NCBI RefSeq assembly: GCF_006345805.1
Contig: NC_042998.1
Span: 100,130,001-100,194,000, forward strand
Direction of reading: 5' to 3'
Length of the DNA stretch: 64,000 nucleotides
From: Octopus sinensis
Lineage: Eukaryota
Part shown: one piece after another, positions 29,812-41,800 of the stretch
How the letters are laid out: each line of letters begins with the position of its first letter
Position numbering within the stretch: the first letter of the stretch is position 1
Made by a program: the position numbers and the translations under genes
Notes under the pieces: model-generated
The model's input: only the letters and a program-made list of their open reading frames with translations
Databases searched by the model: none
What the model was told of the DNA's origin: nothing

Positions 29812-32800
29812 CATCATCATTGTTTTAAGACATGGGTTGATCAGTTTGACAAGAGCTGGTAAGGCTAGGAGCAGCACCCAGAAAGGTTAACCTACTACTA
29901 CCTTATATTTGAAATTTCAACTTACAACACAGTATTACCATTTTATTCTGCACTCTGCAACAATGACTACAGTAAGTACCACCACAACTCAGTAGACTAA
30001 AATAGTGAAAATAAATGGGCATCCAACAATATGCACCTTCCTTTTTTTCATTAATAACACTTATTCTTCAAATACCTTTGATTTCGTACAACACTGAAGG
30101 GCACTACAGAAAATATAATATTATTTAACTTTCTGACATGATGATATCACACAACTTTTAGCTCAGTCTCTACTTTCTGTTGTTGTCCTTGAAGTTATTA
30201 CAATTATTTATCTAAAAATGATTTAGCTCCTTTCTTTTTGCTTTTTAATCAGACCATTTGTTTTTAATGAGTGATTAAGCATCAAGTTCTGTGGGTTGAG
30301 TGGCTCTTCAAATACATAAATTGGTATTTAATTACTTCAGTAGATTTTTAAGAATTAGAGATAATTTCTAATTCAGTCACATGACTTTAAATTACTAGAG
30401 ACCAGTTATTTATAGTACCTTCAAAACAAAACAAAACTAACAACAGCTCAGCCTTTAGTTTAAGGAGAATGTCAATGAGATATTAATCAACCTATTAAAT
30501 TAGCCATTTCTCTCCCACTGCTGGGAAAATGCCTTCCTATTATCTCTTCATAACTTTTGACTTTTGCATACCCAACCTCCAGTTTTTGTAATAGTGCTAG
30601 TTCTTTAGAAGTACTTGCAAATGTTGATGTTGTTATACTTGGCTGGTGAAGAGGAGCTCTTGTAGCACACTACCCTACTGATCTTAGGAACTGTAGGTGG
30701 CATTTTATTTAATTCTGTTCATCCCAAAAGAATTGCTATGATGTTATTGGCTTCTATTAGTCATTTGAAGATCTACAGTACCACACTAGTTATATGTCAG
30801 CATAGAATGGCAGGCAATCAAATCAACCTCAGTACTTGACTGGTACTTTACCAGCCTTAGATAGATAAAAGCAAGGTGACTTCAATGCAATTTGAACTGA
30901 GAACATGAAAAGCCAAAATAAAAACTGCAAAGTAGTTCAACATTGTGATTCTGCTAATCTCATACCTTTAATATCATGAAAATGATCACTAAATAGTCCA
31001 TGTGTTTTTTTTTTTAACTCAGATAACAGATGCTCAGGGAAATTCCTTACAAGCCACACATTTTTGGCATGGGCTTCACAGGATCCAACCAGTTGTTGGA
31101 CCACATCTTGCTCTAGAGTCTGTTTTGGCATGGTTTCTATGACAGGATGCCCTCCCTAATGTCAACCACTTCACACAATGTAGTAGGTGGTTTTTCATGG
31201 CATCAGCACGAGTGAAATTGTTTTGTAACTAGCAAGACTTAAGAACCTCATCATCTGATAGGGAGTATAGTAGGGAAGGTGGCTTTATGTGAGGTATTGA
31301 GGAGTTAAAACATGATGGGAGGAACAGGAACAAGTTTGTTGTTGTGTATAAGATTTATGATTAATCTACATTATATATGGGTGAGAGTAGAACTGGAAAG
31401 AAAGATGGAAGTGATTAGGTGCCAGAATGTATCCTCAAGGTACAAGTAAGTGAACAGAAGAGAGCATGGAGACAAAAGATCAGGAAGGATGGTAGGTAAA
31501 TATTCTTTTCTACTCTAGGCACAAGGCTTGAAATTTTGGGTGAGGGGGCCAGTCGATTAGATCAACCCCCAGTACACAACTGGTACTTAATTTATTGACC
31601 CTGAAAGGATGAAAGGCAAAGTTGACCTCAGTAGAATTTGAACTCAGAACATAAAGACAGACGAAATATTGCTATGCATTTTGCCCAGTGTGCCAACATT
31701 TCTGCCTTAATGGTGGGTAAATATTACAAGAACGAGTGTTTGGTGGGTACTGAGAGTCGGCTAGAAATAGGGGTGGGTGAATATAACAAATGGCAAAGGG
31801 AGTGGCTAATCGTAGATAAATTGAGGAGTAAATGTCAACAGAAGTGGCTCAAGGAAGAGGGAATGAAAACTGGCAATAGAGAAAGGGGGGTGATCAGCAG
31901 AATAATACAGGAAATAGAAGAGGGATGAAGGGATGAGTGATGCAGAGCTTAAGGGTGGGGTGGGGTAAAGGTTGTAAGAGAGTGTGGGGAGAGTGCAAGA
32001 TAGAGGTAAGGGTGGAGCTATGTGTATATAGGGGTGATTATTTTTTATATTATGAAGGAGATGGATTGGCAGAATCATTAGAATGTTGGACAAAAATGTC
32101 TTGGGGCTATATGTTCTGGTTCTTCACATTTGTTGTTTAAATCTTATTGAAGCTAAGTTCATATTTAATCCTTCTCGGAGTTAACAGAATAAAATGCCTA
32201 TCAAATACTGAGATTGACTTAAGCAACTCCCTACCCATGCGTGTCTACATCCGGGTAAAATAGTATCTGTGAGATCTCTGATTAGTCCTAAGTGCCTGTA
32301 CCAACAATGGTAGCATTTCATTTCATTGTATGTTATGTTTTTGTTAGTTCCCATTCCTGTTTTTTGCACTTGGTGTAAAGCCTCACCATTTTATGTGTCA
32401 TTGAACTGTCCACAATTTGTCACTCTTACAACAATGCAAGAAACTAGTATTATTAGTGCATCAACTTTCCATTTACTTCTAGCTATTAAAAAAAATACCT
32501 TTGCTCAGCCACAATTATTATAATAATCCTTTCTACTATAGGCACAAGGCCTGAAATTTTGGGGGAGGGGACTAGTCGATTACATTGACCCAGTGTTTCA
32601 CTGGTACTTAATTTATCGACCCCGAAAAGATGAAAGGCAAAGTTGACCTTGGCAGAATTTGAACATAAAGATGTGCAAAATGCCACTAAGCATTTCGTCC
32701 AGCTTGCTAACGATTCTGCCAGTTCACCACCTCCATAACTACAATAATAATAATTTCTTTTCTAATAAAAGTTACAAAAGCAATAATAACAACAATGATA

Positions 32801-35800
32801 TACATTTTTAAAAAGTTATCAATAGATTTGCCAAAAAAAAAAAAAAATAGGAAAAGAAAAATCTTACCTTCAGATTCTTTCTTCAAATTTCATTGTAGAT
32901 GATTAGATGTGTCAATTTTTTTTTAAACTAACACCAGATTCACCATTTTTTAATGTACAATTAACAATGTGTGTGATTGTGTGTGTGTGTGTGTGTATAT
33001 CTTTTCTTTTAAACATATATTATTAAAAACATGACTGTGTTCAAATTTTATCATTTTTGTTAAGCATTTTTAAAAATATTTTCTTATTAACTCTTTATAT
33101 TTGTGTCATCTACATGCAAGCAAGACAGCTCACATCAAGTTTGCACCAACTCCATAAACAAGACCTTAAAATCATCTTCCATTGAAGTCATGTCAATCTG
33201 GTCTCCTTCAACAGTTGTAACTTTATCACACCACATAAGCAGCACAAAAGCAAAGCCCTTGAAAATGCTGGCCTCACTATTAGAAGATCTCTACAGGCAA
33301 ACGTATTTTAACATCACTAAGACTACTTTTCTCTTCAGAGCCAGAAAATACTTCAGTCTTCAACTACTATTAATCTTCAAGGAAGCTCAAATGAAAGGCA
33401 CTATGGACTATGGCTTTCACATTTAGAATTGTGCTGCTGCTACATGCACATCTAAGACCACAACTAGACAAAGGTTGTCAGATGTGTTGTGTCTTCTCTT
33501 TAACTCAACAGTTTCTACTTCTCTAAATCACATTATTTACATATACCGGATATTTGTCCTCATCTTGTTTGTTGTTAACATGTTTCGGCTGATATATCCT
33601 CCAGCCTTCATCAGATATCTCGAGGAAATTTCGAAGCTGGGTTCTCATTCTTAAGGTACTTTTCGATGTTGTTATTATTATTATTATTCAGGTCACTGCC
33701 TGGAATCGAATTCGGAATCTTGGGGTTAGTAGCCCACGCTCTTAACCACTATGCCATATGCCCGTGGGCATATTCCAGGCAGTGACCTCAATAATAATAA
33801 TAGGAAGTGTTATCATGTACATTGTTTTGTCTCGGTATAAAAGATGGGCTACAGCAAATATTCTGCTCAATACCACAGATTTGCTTGTCAGTTGTTTGAC
33901 CATAACCAGCTGAGCATGTCCCTTAGAGGCTGACGATATGTGCATCTCTGATCATGAGCAGAAGTAGTTGGGGAGCATCATAGCCATGTATTGAGAGGGA
34001 TTCTTTGGGGTTTGAATAATTCACCTCTGGAAACATGGGTGCTTCGTTCAACATCCTTAAACAACCCTTATTCAAAGACCTTTTGAGCAGGATGTGTTAC
34101 TCGAACAGAAGAAAATTCAAACTGGGCTCCACCTGCAAGGTCATGTGCTGTTTATCTTGATATGAGATCACCATGTCGCGCACACATGGTTGTGATGCAT
34201 GTGCCTAGTGTACCCTTATCAGATGGGTAGTCATGATGGGTATACTGGGCTTCGTATATTTTACCCCAGTGTCACTTTGATGGCATGCACTGCTCTCTCA
34301 CTCAATAATAATAATAACATCGAAAATACCTTAGGAATGAGAACCCAGGTTCGAAATTTCAAGACAACTGATGAAATCTGGAGGGTATATCCACTGAAAC
34401 ATTGTGTTAACAACAAATAAGATGAGGACAAGTATCCACCAAATGTAAATAATGTACATAATACCTCATCTCTTAAATATAGAACTGTATTCTCTAATTC
34501 AGTTTTATTCAAGTGCTTTCAACTGCCAGCTCCTCCTCTCTTCACCATATCATGCCCAACTTTCATACCTGCATTAACCACTACACCCTGTCTCCCAGAA
34601 TGTTAGCCCTTTGGAATTCCCTCTCCCTACACATTTGTTTCTTACAGTTGCTGGTTTGCAACAGTTTAAGTCAGTCACAAACACACTGTGGCTCACAGGA
34701 CTTTCTGGGAGACATACTAAAATAAAAGATTACTTTGGATTTTTTCCAGCAGTGGTGCTTGCCTGATGATGAGCCATGTCCTGTGTAGCACACTGAAAAA
34801 GATTGCCCAAGCCTGACCTAGGCAAAACATTACTAGCATTAATCTTACCAGACTTAGAGGGTACAGCCCCTTCCTCCAGAACAAACTAATAAAAAATTTC
34901 TTAATCCTTTTATGTTCCTAGAACTTTCCTGTGTCATCTTCTAGATGAAATGGTGATTAATAAGAAACAAGAGATCAATTCCTGATTGCTAAAACTTTAA
35001 ATCTGGCAATGAGAATATCATCATTAATATGTCATTCTAATGATTCTTGCCAATGATAAAATATTGAAGAGATCCAGATTTGTGAATGCACTTATTTTAA
35101 GTTTTCCAATCCAAACAAATACAAATAAACAAATTTGAGAACAGTCATGTTCAAAATAATACATATATACATACACACATACAAGTTTGTGTGGTTTTTA
35201 ATATCGCTAATTAAATATGTGCAATGCAATATTCAGTATTTTGTTTTACATTTTCTGTTACAGAAGATGGCTTTGATTTTAGTAAATATGATTAGGGTTT
35301 TTTTTTATATTCAAGAGAGATTAATGTGAAGGCAAGTGACTAAATTACATACCTTTTGATAATGAAAACTAAAATATAATACATCTGGCTTTAAATAATA
35401 AGAAAACATATCAATTTTGGAGTTCTATGTGTTCAGTGACTTCAATCTGAGACCGTGTGCTAAATACCTGAAGTAGTTCACATTGTAGAAGAGTCATTTT
35501 AGCTATCTGAGGGTTATACTGGAAGTGTGTTTGTCACCAAGTTGCAATGATGCACCAAGAATTTTGACAGCTTTTGAAGAAATAATTGAGTTATGATTTC
35601 ATTTTGTTCATTTTACATCCTTTTTTACCAATGTTAGCATGGGTTATATGACTATGCTATAAAGTAAGGGATTTCTTCTACCATACAGCAACAAAGGCAC
35701 AAAGTGAACAAGCAAGAAAAATGCCAACAAATTGTGTGAATTTTGAATTGGAAAGTGGCATACGTAAATGCACACAAGCATATATAAATATATAATAGGC

Positions 35801-38800
35801 TTCTTTTTCAGTTTTCAATCAAGTCCACTCACAATGTTTTGGTTGGTTTGAGGCTCTTCATTCAAGGTGCCACACTGTAGAAATGAACTTGATATCATGT
35901 AATTTGAAAGTGAACTTGTTAACCACACAGCCATTTAATATATCAACATTATTCTTAAGTAGCCATTCATTACTAGTCAATATAAGTGAATGATTGGCTT
36001 ACATCTGGAATAGCCTAACAATTGGTATAGTGCTTCAAAAACACCACAACACTAGATTATAACTATTTAGGCTCCAGTTTCAAATTCCCATCAACTTGAT
36101 TTACATCTAAGGACAGAGATAGAAGAAGATGCAACAGTTTAAGTGAACTGAACTGAAATGATTTGCAACAAGGAATGAAACCAGTTTCCTGTCTTGGCTT
36201 GCAAAGAACTTACTTTTTTGCACATGGGTGCTTGCCACCAGAGAAAAATAATTCTTTAAAATATGTAAATAAAAGCAAAAAGCATGTAGGAGAGAGGGTG
36301 TATGTAACAGATTCAGTTTCCATTTTTTTTTTTGTATAATGGCAGTTATAGTAGAATATAATAAGTTGAAGAATTCTTGCCCTGGTGTCAAATCCTGGTT
36401 GTTGTGATTTCTCTTCCATTTCACTTCATGCAGCTTAAATAATTAGAAAATGTATGAATAACACTCTTAATTTGCATCCTCTTATGTGGTTCAGCCACAG
36501 ATGTTCAGAAATAATTTTCCAGTGGACAAATGTGATCAGTTCCTGTATTCCACCAAGATAGTGACAGAGTACTAACATTATCACAATTTTGAAGACTATT
36601 TTGCCATGCTGTGTCACTATTCTTCTTTCAACTATAAAACTTTTTTCTTATTGCTTATTCACATTATCTCCATACTCTACAGCTTGTATGAGTTGATGGT
36701 TTTATAAATTCAATTATCAGAAGAAAAGTTTTATAACAAGAGGTTTCTCATAAGATTGGTTAAGTTACCTGGTAAATATGTAGGCCATAGAGAAACATAC
36801 ACTTCCAGTAAGTAGCATGTGATGACATCTGTGCAACAGAGTTTGAAACTATAAAAATATTTTAGCAACCAAAGCAATTTACTGCCAAGTATAATTTATA
36901 TTATACAGGTGACTGACAGCTGATGTGGTCCTCTCAAAATAAACATTCTTGTTATTGTTTGTAGGTCAGTCATCAGTTAACAATGTACACACACAAAATC
37001 ATAAAGCATGCACTAAAAAGTTCAAAAGTAGCAGACAAGGTTTAAAAAATTTTTTTTTTTTACTTTAATACTGAATGGGAAGTATTTATTTAAGGGAATC
37101 ACAATAATAATACTGTATGAATCAAGCAAATTTGTTTGGAATTCCCTAAATAACATTGTTCTCATAATAACCAGTGATACAAGTCATACCTGGTCTAGCT
37201 TTTAGAACGACAGTTTATTTGCTGAAAGGTTGATGGCTTGCTCCAGGCCACTGGAATTAGCACAGCCAATGCAGTTAACTCTCACTGGCTCAGATATTTT
37301 ACATGTACATACCATGGTTAAATATGTAAACAAGAAATCAGCATAAATAAATGCTTCATTAGTTTCTTCTTTAACAAAATTCACATCTTAAATGCCTGTA
37401 AACATGACAAAAAGTCTTGCATTGCAATGCTGTTCATCTGTTCTACTTCCACAATGTTTCTGAGCCTCCAGTTATCAATTGATAGCATTTACTCATCTAA
37501 TTCTTCATTTTATCTATTGGATCTTCTTCCTTTCTCAACAAAATCTGCTGAAAATACCACAGAGCTTGATTTCCTCAAAACTGAAGAAATTAACGAGTTA
37601 TCAGTGATATTGGGAAATTTGTGTTCTCCTTTCAAATATTTGTTGACACTGATATCCTTAACCAGGAAGGAAATAGATCAGACTTAACTGCATTGTTCTA
37701 GCTTATGCATCAATGGTCACACTTGTCATCTGGTTGCTATACTATTCAGCTCTCCATGTTCAATTCTGAAGACAACAAACAAGCCAGTTTGGTAACAGTC
37801 AGTCTTGTCTTTTCTATATCCAAGACAAAAGAACTATCAAAAAGCAACTGCTTCTTCTTAGACCTTTATAGTTTGCTATTGTTTTACCATTTATCCATAT
37901 TATCATTTAACATCCATTTTCCATGCTGGCATGGGTTGGACAATTTGACAGAAGCTGACAAGTCAGAAGACTGCATCAAGCTCTACTGTCTGCTTTGGCA
38001 TGGTTTCTACTGCTGGGTGCTCTTCCTAATGCCAAGCACTCTACAGATACAAAAATATCTTCTATATTTCACTTTTGGAATACATTCAATGCTGCAAATG
38101 ATATTTTAATGAAACCCATTTTATTTTCATTTCATTTATAGTAGTTGAATATGGTATCTTTTTGCAATAAGAATGTTGGCATACAATTGTTTTTTGGCAG
38201 GGTTTTCTTGTGTGGTGAAAGTAACGGTTTATTTTTTAAAAAAGTAAATCCAGAAATTCCAGAGATGTTCTTTGCTGAAGCTTTTCTTTTAATTTTTTTT
38301 TTTCAATATGTAAATTTGTAAAACCATAGACAGACAGATCCAATAAGTAAAGATATTATAATTTCTTAATTTCTATAAACATCTTCATTTCTTCTCCAGA
38401 CAGCCTCCTCAACAGGTAAGTTTGATTAGCTTCTCTTTTGCTTAATGTTTAAATAGCTTTGCATTTACTATTACTATTATAATTAAGGCAACAAGCTAGC
38501 AGATTCATTAGAACAGAGACAAAATGCTTTAGCAACATTTTGTTTGTGTTTACATTCTGAGTTCAAATTCAGCCAAGGTCAACTTAGTCTTTTTTCTTTT
38601 GGGGATCAGTGAAATAAGTACCAGTAGAGCACTGGGGTTGATTTAATTGACTATACCACCTGCTCCTTTAAAATTTTAGGCCTTGTGTGCCTATAATGGA
38701 AACGATGATTATTATTATTCATAAATTGCATATTAAAGGTGTACACCTGTGCGTACACATCCTCTGTTTTAAAGGTAGTTTTATTTCTTAATAGAAAACA

Positions 38801-41800
38801 ATTATTCTTACATGGCTGTTAAGCTGAAGTAGACTTCACTTTTTCCGTTCCTTCAGCTAAATACTGAATTGTGTTATCAAAATGAAGGCTCTGCATTTTA
38901 TCATCATTACTAGAAATTCAAGGAGATTACAGATGTGCTATTGTTGGCATGTCAGCTCAGTAAAAGACTAACACTGAGGTTTATTATCTAAAATATTAAA
39001 TTACCTTCTTCATGGCACACTAACATAGCTCACATTTTAATAGTCATTTTACAGCTTTTTGTTTGTTTTCTTTAAACTTTATTTCCTATGTATTATTTAT
39101 AATAGTGATTATGTAAAAAAAATAAGGCTCCAAATCTATAAAACACAAGAGCTGTGAAGTTAAAATACTAGACCACTAATTCCAAAGTCAAGAATTCAAA
39201 GTTCATTTTAACCATTTGGGTTTTGTCCCTAAGCATAGTGTCTACCACTATTTGCCACAGTCTGCCAACCTGATAAATTTATAGGGTACTGGACAATCAG
39301 TTAAGGAGTTGGTTGTTCATATACTGTCAATGGCATTGTGTTGTATATAGCCAAGACATTTAGCTCTCCAAAGATCCAAATAGTGTCATAGGCTAGGAGA
39401 GTTTCTCACAGAAAGGTTTGAGCTACAGTGTTGAGTTTTAACATCCCACAGATAGATTCCATATAAAGGAAGATTTGTTTTACTTTTTTTACATGAAGCT
39501 AAGCATCAGATCACTGGTCTACAAAACGACGAGGAGGTACATGGTTTAGTGGTTTGGGTGTTGGACTCACAATCCTAAGATTGTGGTTTTGATTTCTGAA
39601 CCAGGTGAGGTATTGTGTTCTTGAGCAAAAATCTTCATTTTACAATGCTCCAGTCCACTCAGCTAGTAAAAATGTGTAATCCTGCAACAGACTGGTATCC
39701 CATTCAGTGGGGAATATATGCACCACGGAAACCAGCCCCTACTCAGGAAGGAACTTTATCTATCTACAAAAGGATTAACTTCTAAACCTAAAGTTTACAT
39801 TATGAATTCAATTCATTAATAAAATGTATATACAAGCAACCATGAAATGCTGAAGTTCATTCCAGCCATGACATTCTGGCCTTTTCTCCAATTATTGTGC
39901 ATGCTAGATGACTACATTATCCAATGTGTCATTCTTTTTTTATGGTGGAATGGTATGATGAGGGAAATTTGTTGGCCACTCCTAGCAAGTTTAGGGACCA
40001 CAAAGGTCCCTCTTATTTACCATCTATTTACAGGTTGTAACAGCTCCTTTTTTTTGCCTTTATAACAGTCAAACCATTGCTGCAGTTGTTTTACACACAA
40101 CAATAATAACAGTCAAAAGTAACTATTCCATCTGAAATTAAAAAAAAAAAAACAATGCAATATTTGCTTTTAAACATATCTTTTCTTTTGTACATTATGA
40201 TAGGGATTGATAGTTCTTCATAACTTTATACATTTGCATAATTGTTGGAACATTTATTTTTTCAAAAATCAGATGACCTTTCCACAGCTAATCCTTCAAT
40301 TGCGAAATAAAAAGGATTACTTGCTTGTTGGCATGGTAAACTGAGGTAAGCAAAATTATATTTCTTGCTAAGGTGACAACACACTGGATAGTTGTAGATT
40401 TAAGATTTGAGCTTAAGATCATGTAGTTAGTAGTTTAGCACTTAAATTTCACAGCCAGAGTACTGTAATATATTTACTTTTCAAAAATAAAATGTCAACT
40501 GACATTACTACAGTTATATAGACTTAGTAAACTAAATTCAGACTAGATGGTGTTAGTAATTTTTAAGAATTATCTTAAAGTGAAAACGAGGAAATAAGTG
40601 GGTTATCTAAGAGGGAATTAAAATACAAAGCCATTTTCTGCAAAAAGAAATGTAACATTAGTTCTACCAAAATTTTAGAAAAACATTACTGTAACAGGAT
40701 AAATGAAATAAAGGGGGAATACAAGCTGAAATATTTAGACAGCAAGAAGAATCGAGAAAGATTCAATAAAACTGGAATGTATGGATTTCACTGAATATTT
40801 GCATAAAAAATTAAGAGACGGCATGCATCAGCAATAGAGACATTAGTAATAGAAAAATTAACACATATGTAATATAACAATTATAAAGAAAATTTCAGAA
40901 AAAAGGTCCCATGCAACAACAAATGTCATTGGTCCTGATACTTAAAACCACAAGGTCTATTTAGCTATGACAGTAAAGAAGATTAACGGAATGGGGGGGT
41001 TATGTTTCAACATACATGCATACATGCAACAATACCAGTCAGTATCAACTAGTGCAACATGCAAGATTATCACAGCCATTGGCAACTAATGCAACACGCA
41101 TTAACCAAAAAAAAAAAAAAAGAAAGAAAAAATGACAAAACAAAAATAAAATGATAAATTGTTTATATGAAACAGAATGAAATGCATAAAATGAAAATAA
41201 AAGAGAAAGAGAGAGGGTGGGAGAGACATGTGTGTGTGGGTGGGATGAAATAACCTGATGAGTTCATGCTAGTGTTATAACAGAGCAGTCCAACTGACAA
41301 CCAAAGGACTGAAGATAGTGCAGGTTTTGTAATTTTATTGTATCATTTTCCCTACCTTAGTTCATTTCAAATATTCCCATTTGTATGCCTGATTGTAATA
41401 TTTAAATCAAAAGTATCAAATCCAGAGAATTTGGTTTCATATCACAGTAATGTACCAAGAGTTGAGACTTTTCATAAGGCTCACTAACAGGAACAGAAAT
41501 TTTAATTAACATTCCAACTGTTCCTTTACCAATTAATTGATTAATTGGTATATGTCAGCATTACTCTGATTGTATTTAAAAAAAATCTTTTCCTACATTT
41601 CATGAATTCAAATTATGAGATATCATGAACAATCAATTGGAGCTTTTGTGTGCAAGATGCCAAGTTTGAGTAAAGTGCTTAGCTGAGATCTCACATAATT
41701 TTCTTTAAGAAATAATAAATAGTTGCATAAAATAAAGTGAAAATAATGAGTATAACTGCTCAGTAACAACATTATTTAAATCTATAAGATCTAAAAATGA

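Larger units (their letters stand above)
33508..34488. mobile_element. Head-to-head palindromic pair of a tRNA-headed, hammerhead-bearing SINE-like unit with a Penelope-type 3' end; right arm interrupted by another element
   Basis: About 140-bp inverted arms (33549-33688 vs 34303-34437); 17-bp inverted repeat 33690-33706 / 33772-33788; central hairpin ATATGCCC-gt-GGGCATAT at 33756-33773. Confidence 0.85.

Noticed and set aside
32866-32910. Minus-strand donor GAAG|gtaaga as an FRMD4-like exon end
   Set aside because: No usable upstream acceptor, and all frames hit stops within a few codons.
33690-33756. Functional tRNA gene
   Set aside because: A and B boxes are present, but acceptor and anticodon stems do not close and it runs into a repeat body. 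It is a SINE head.
41215-41244. G-quadruplex motif GGG-T-GGG-16nt-GGG-T-GGG
   Set aside because: Lies in GA/GT microsatellite-like sequence with a long central loop; nothing supports function.
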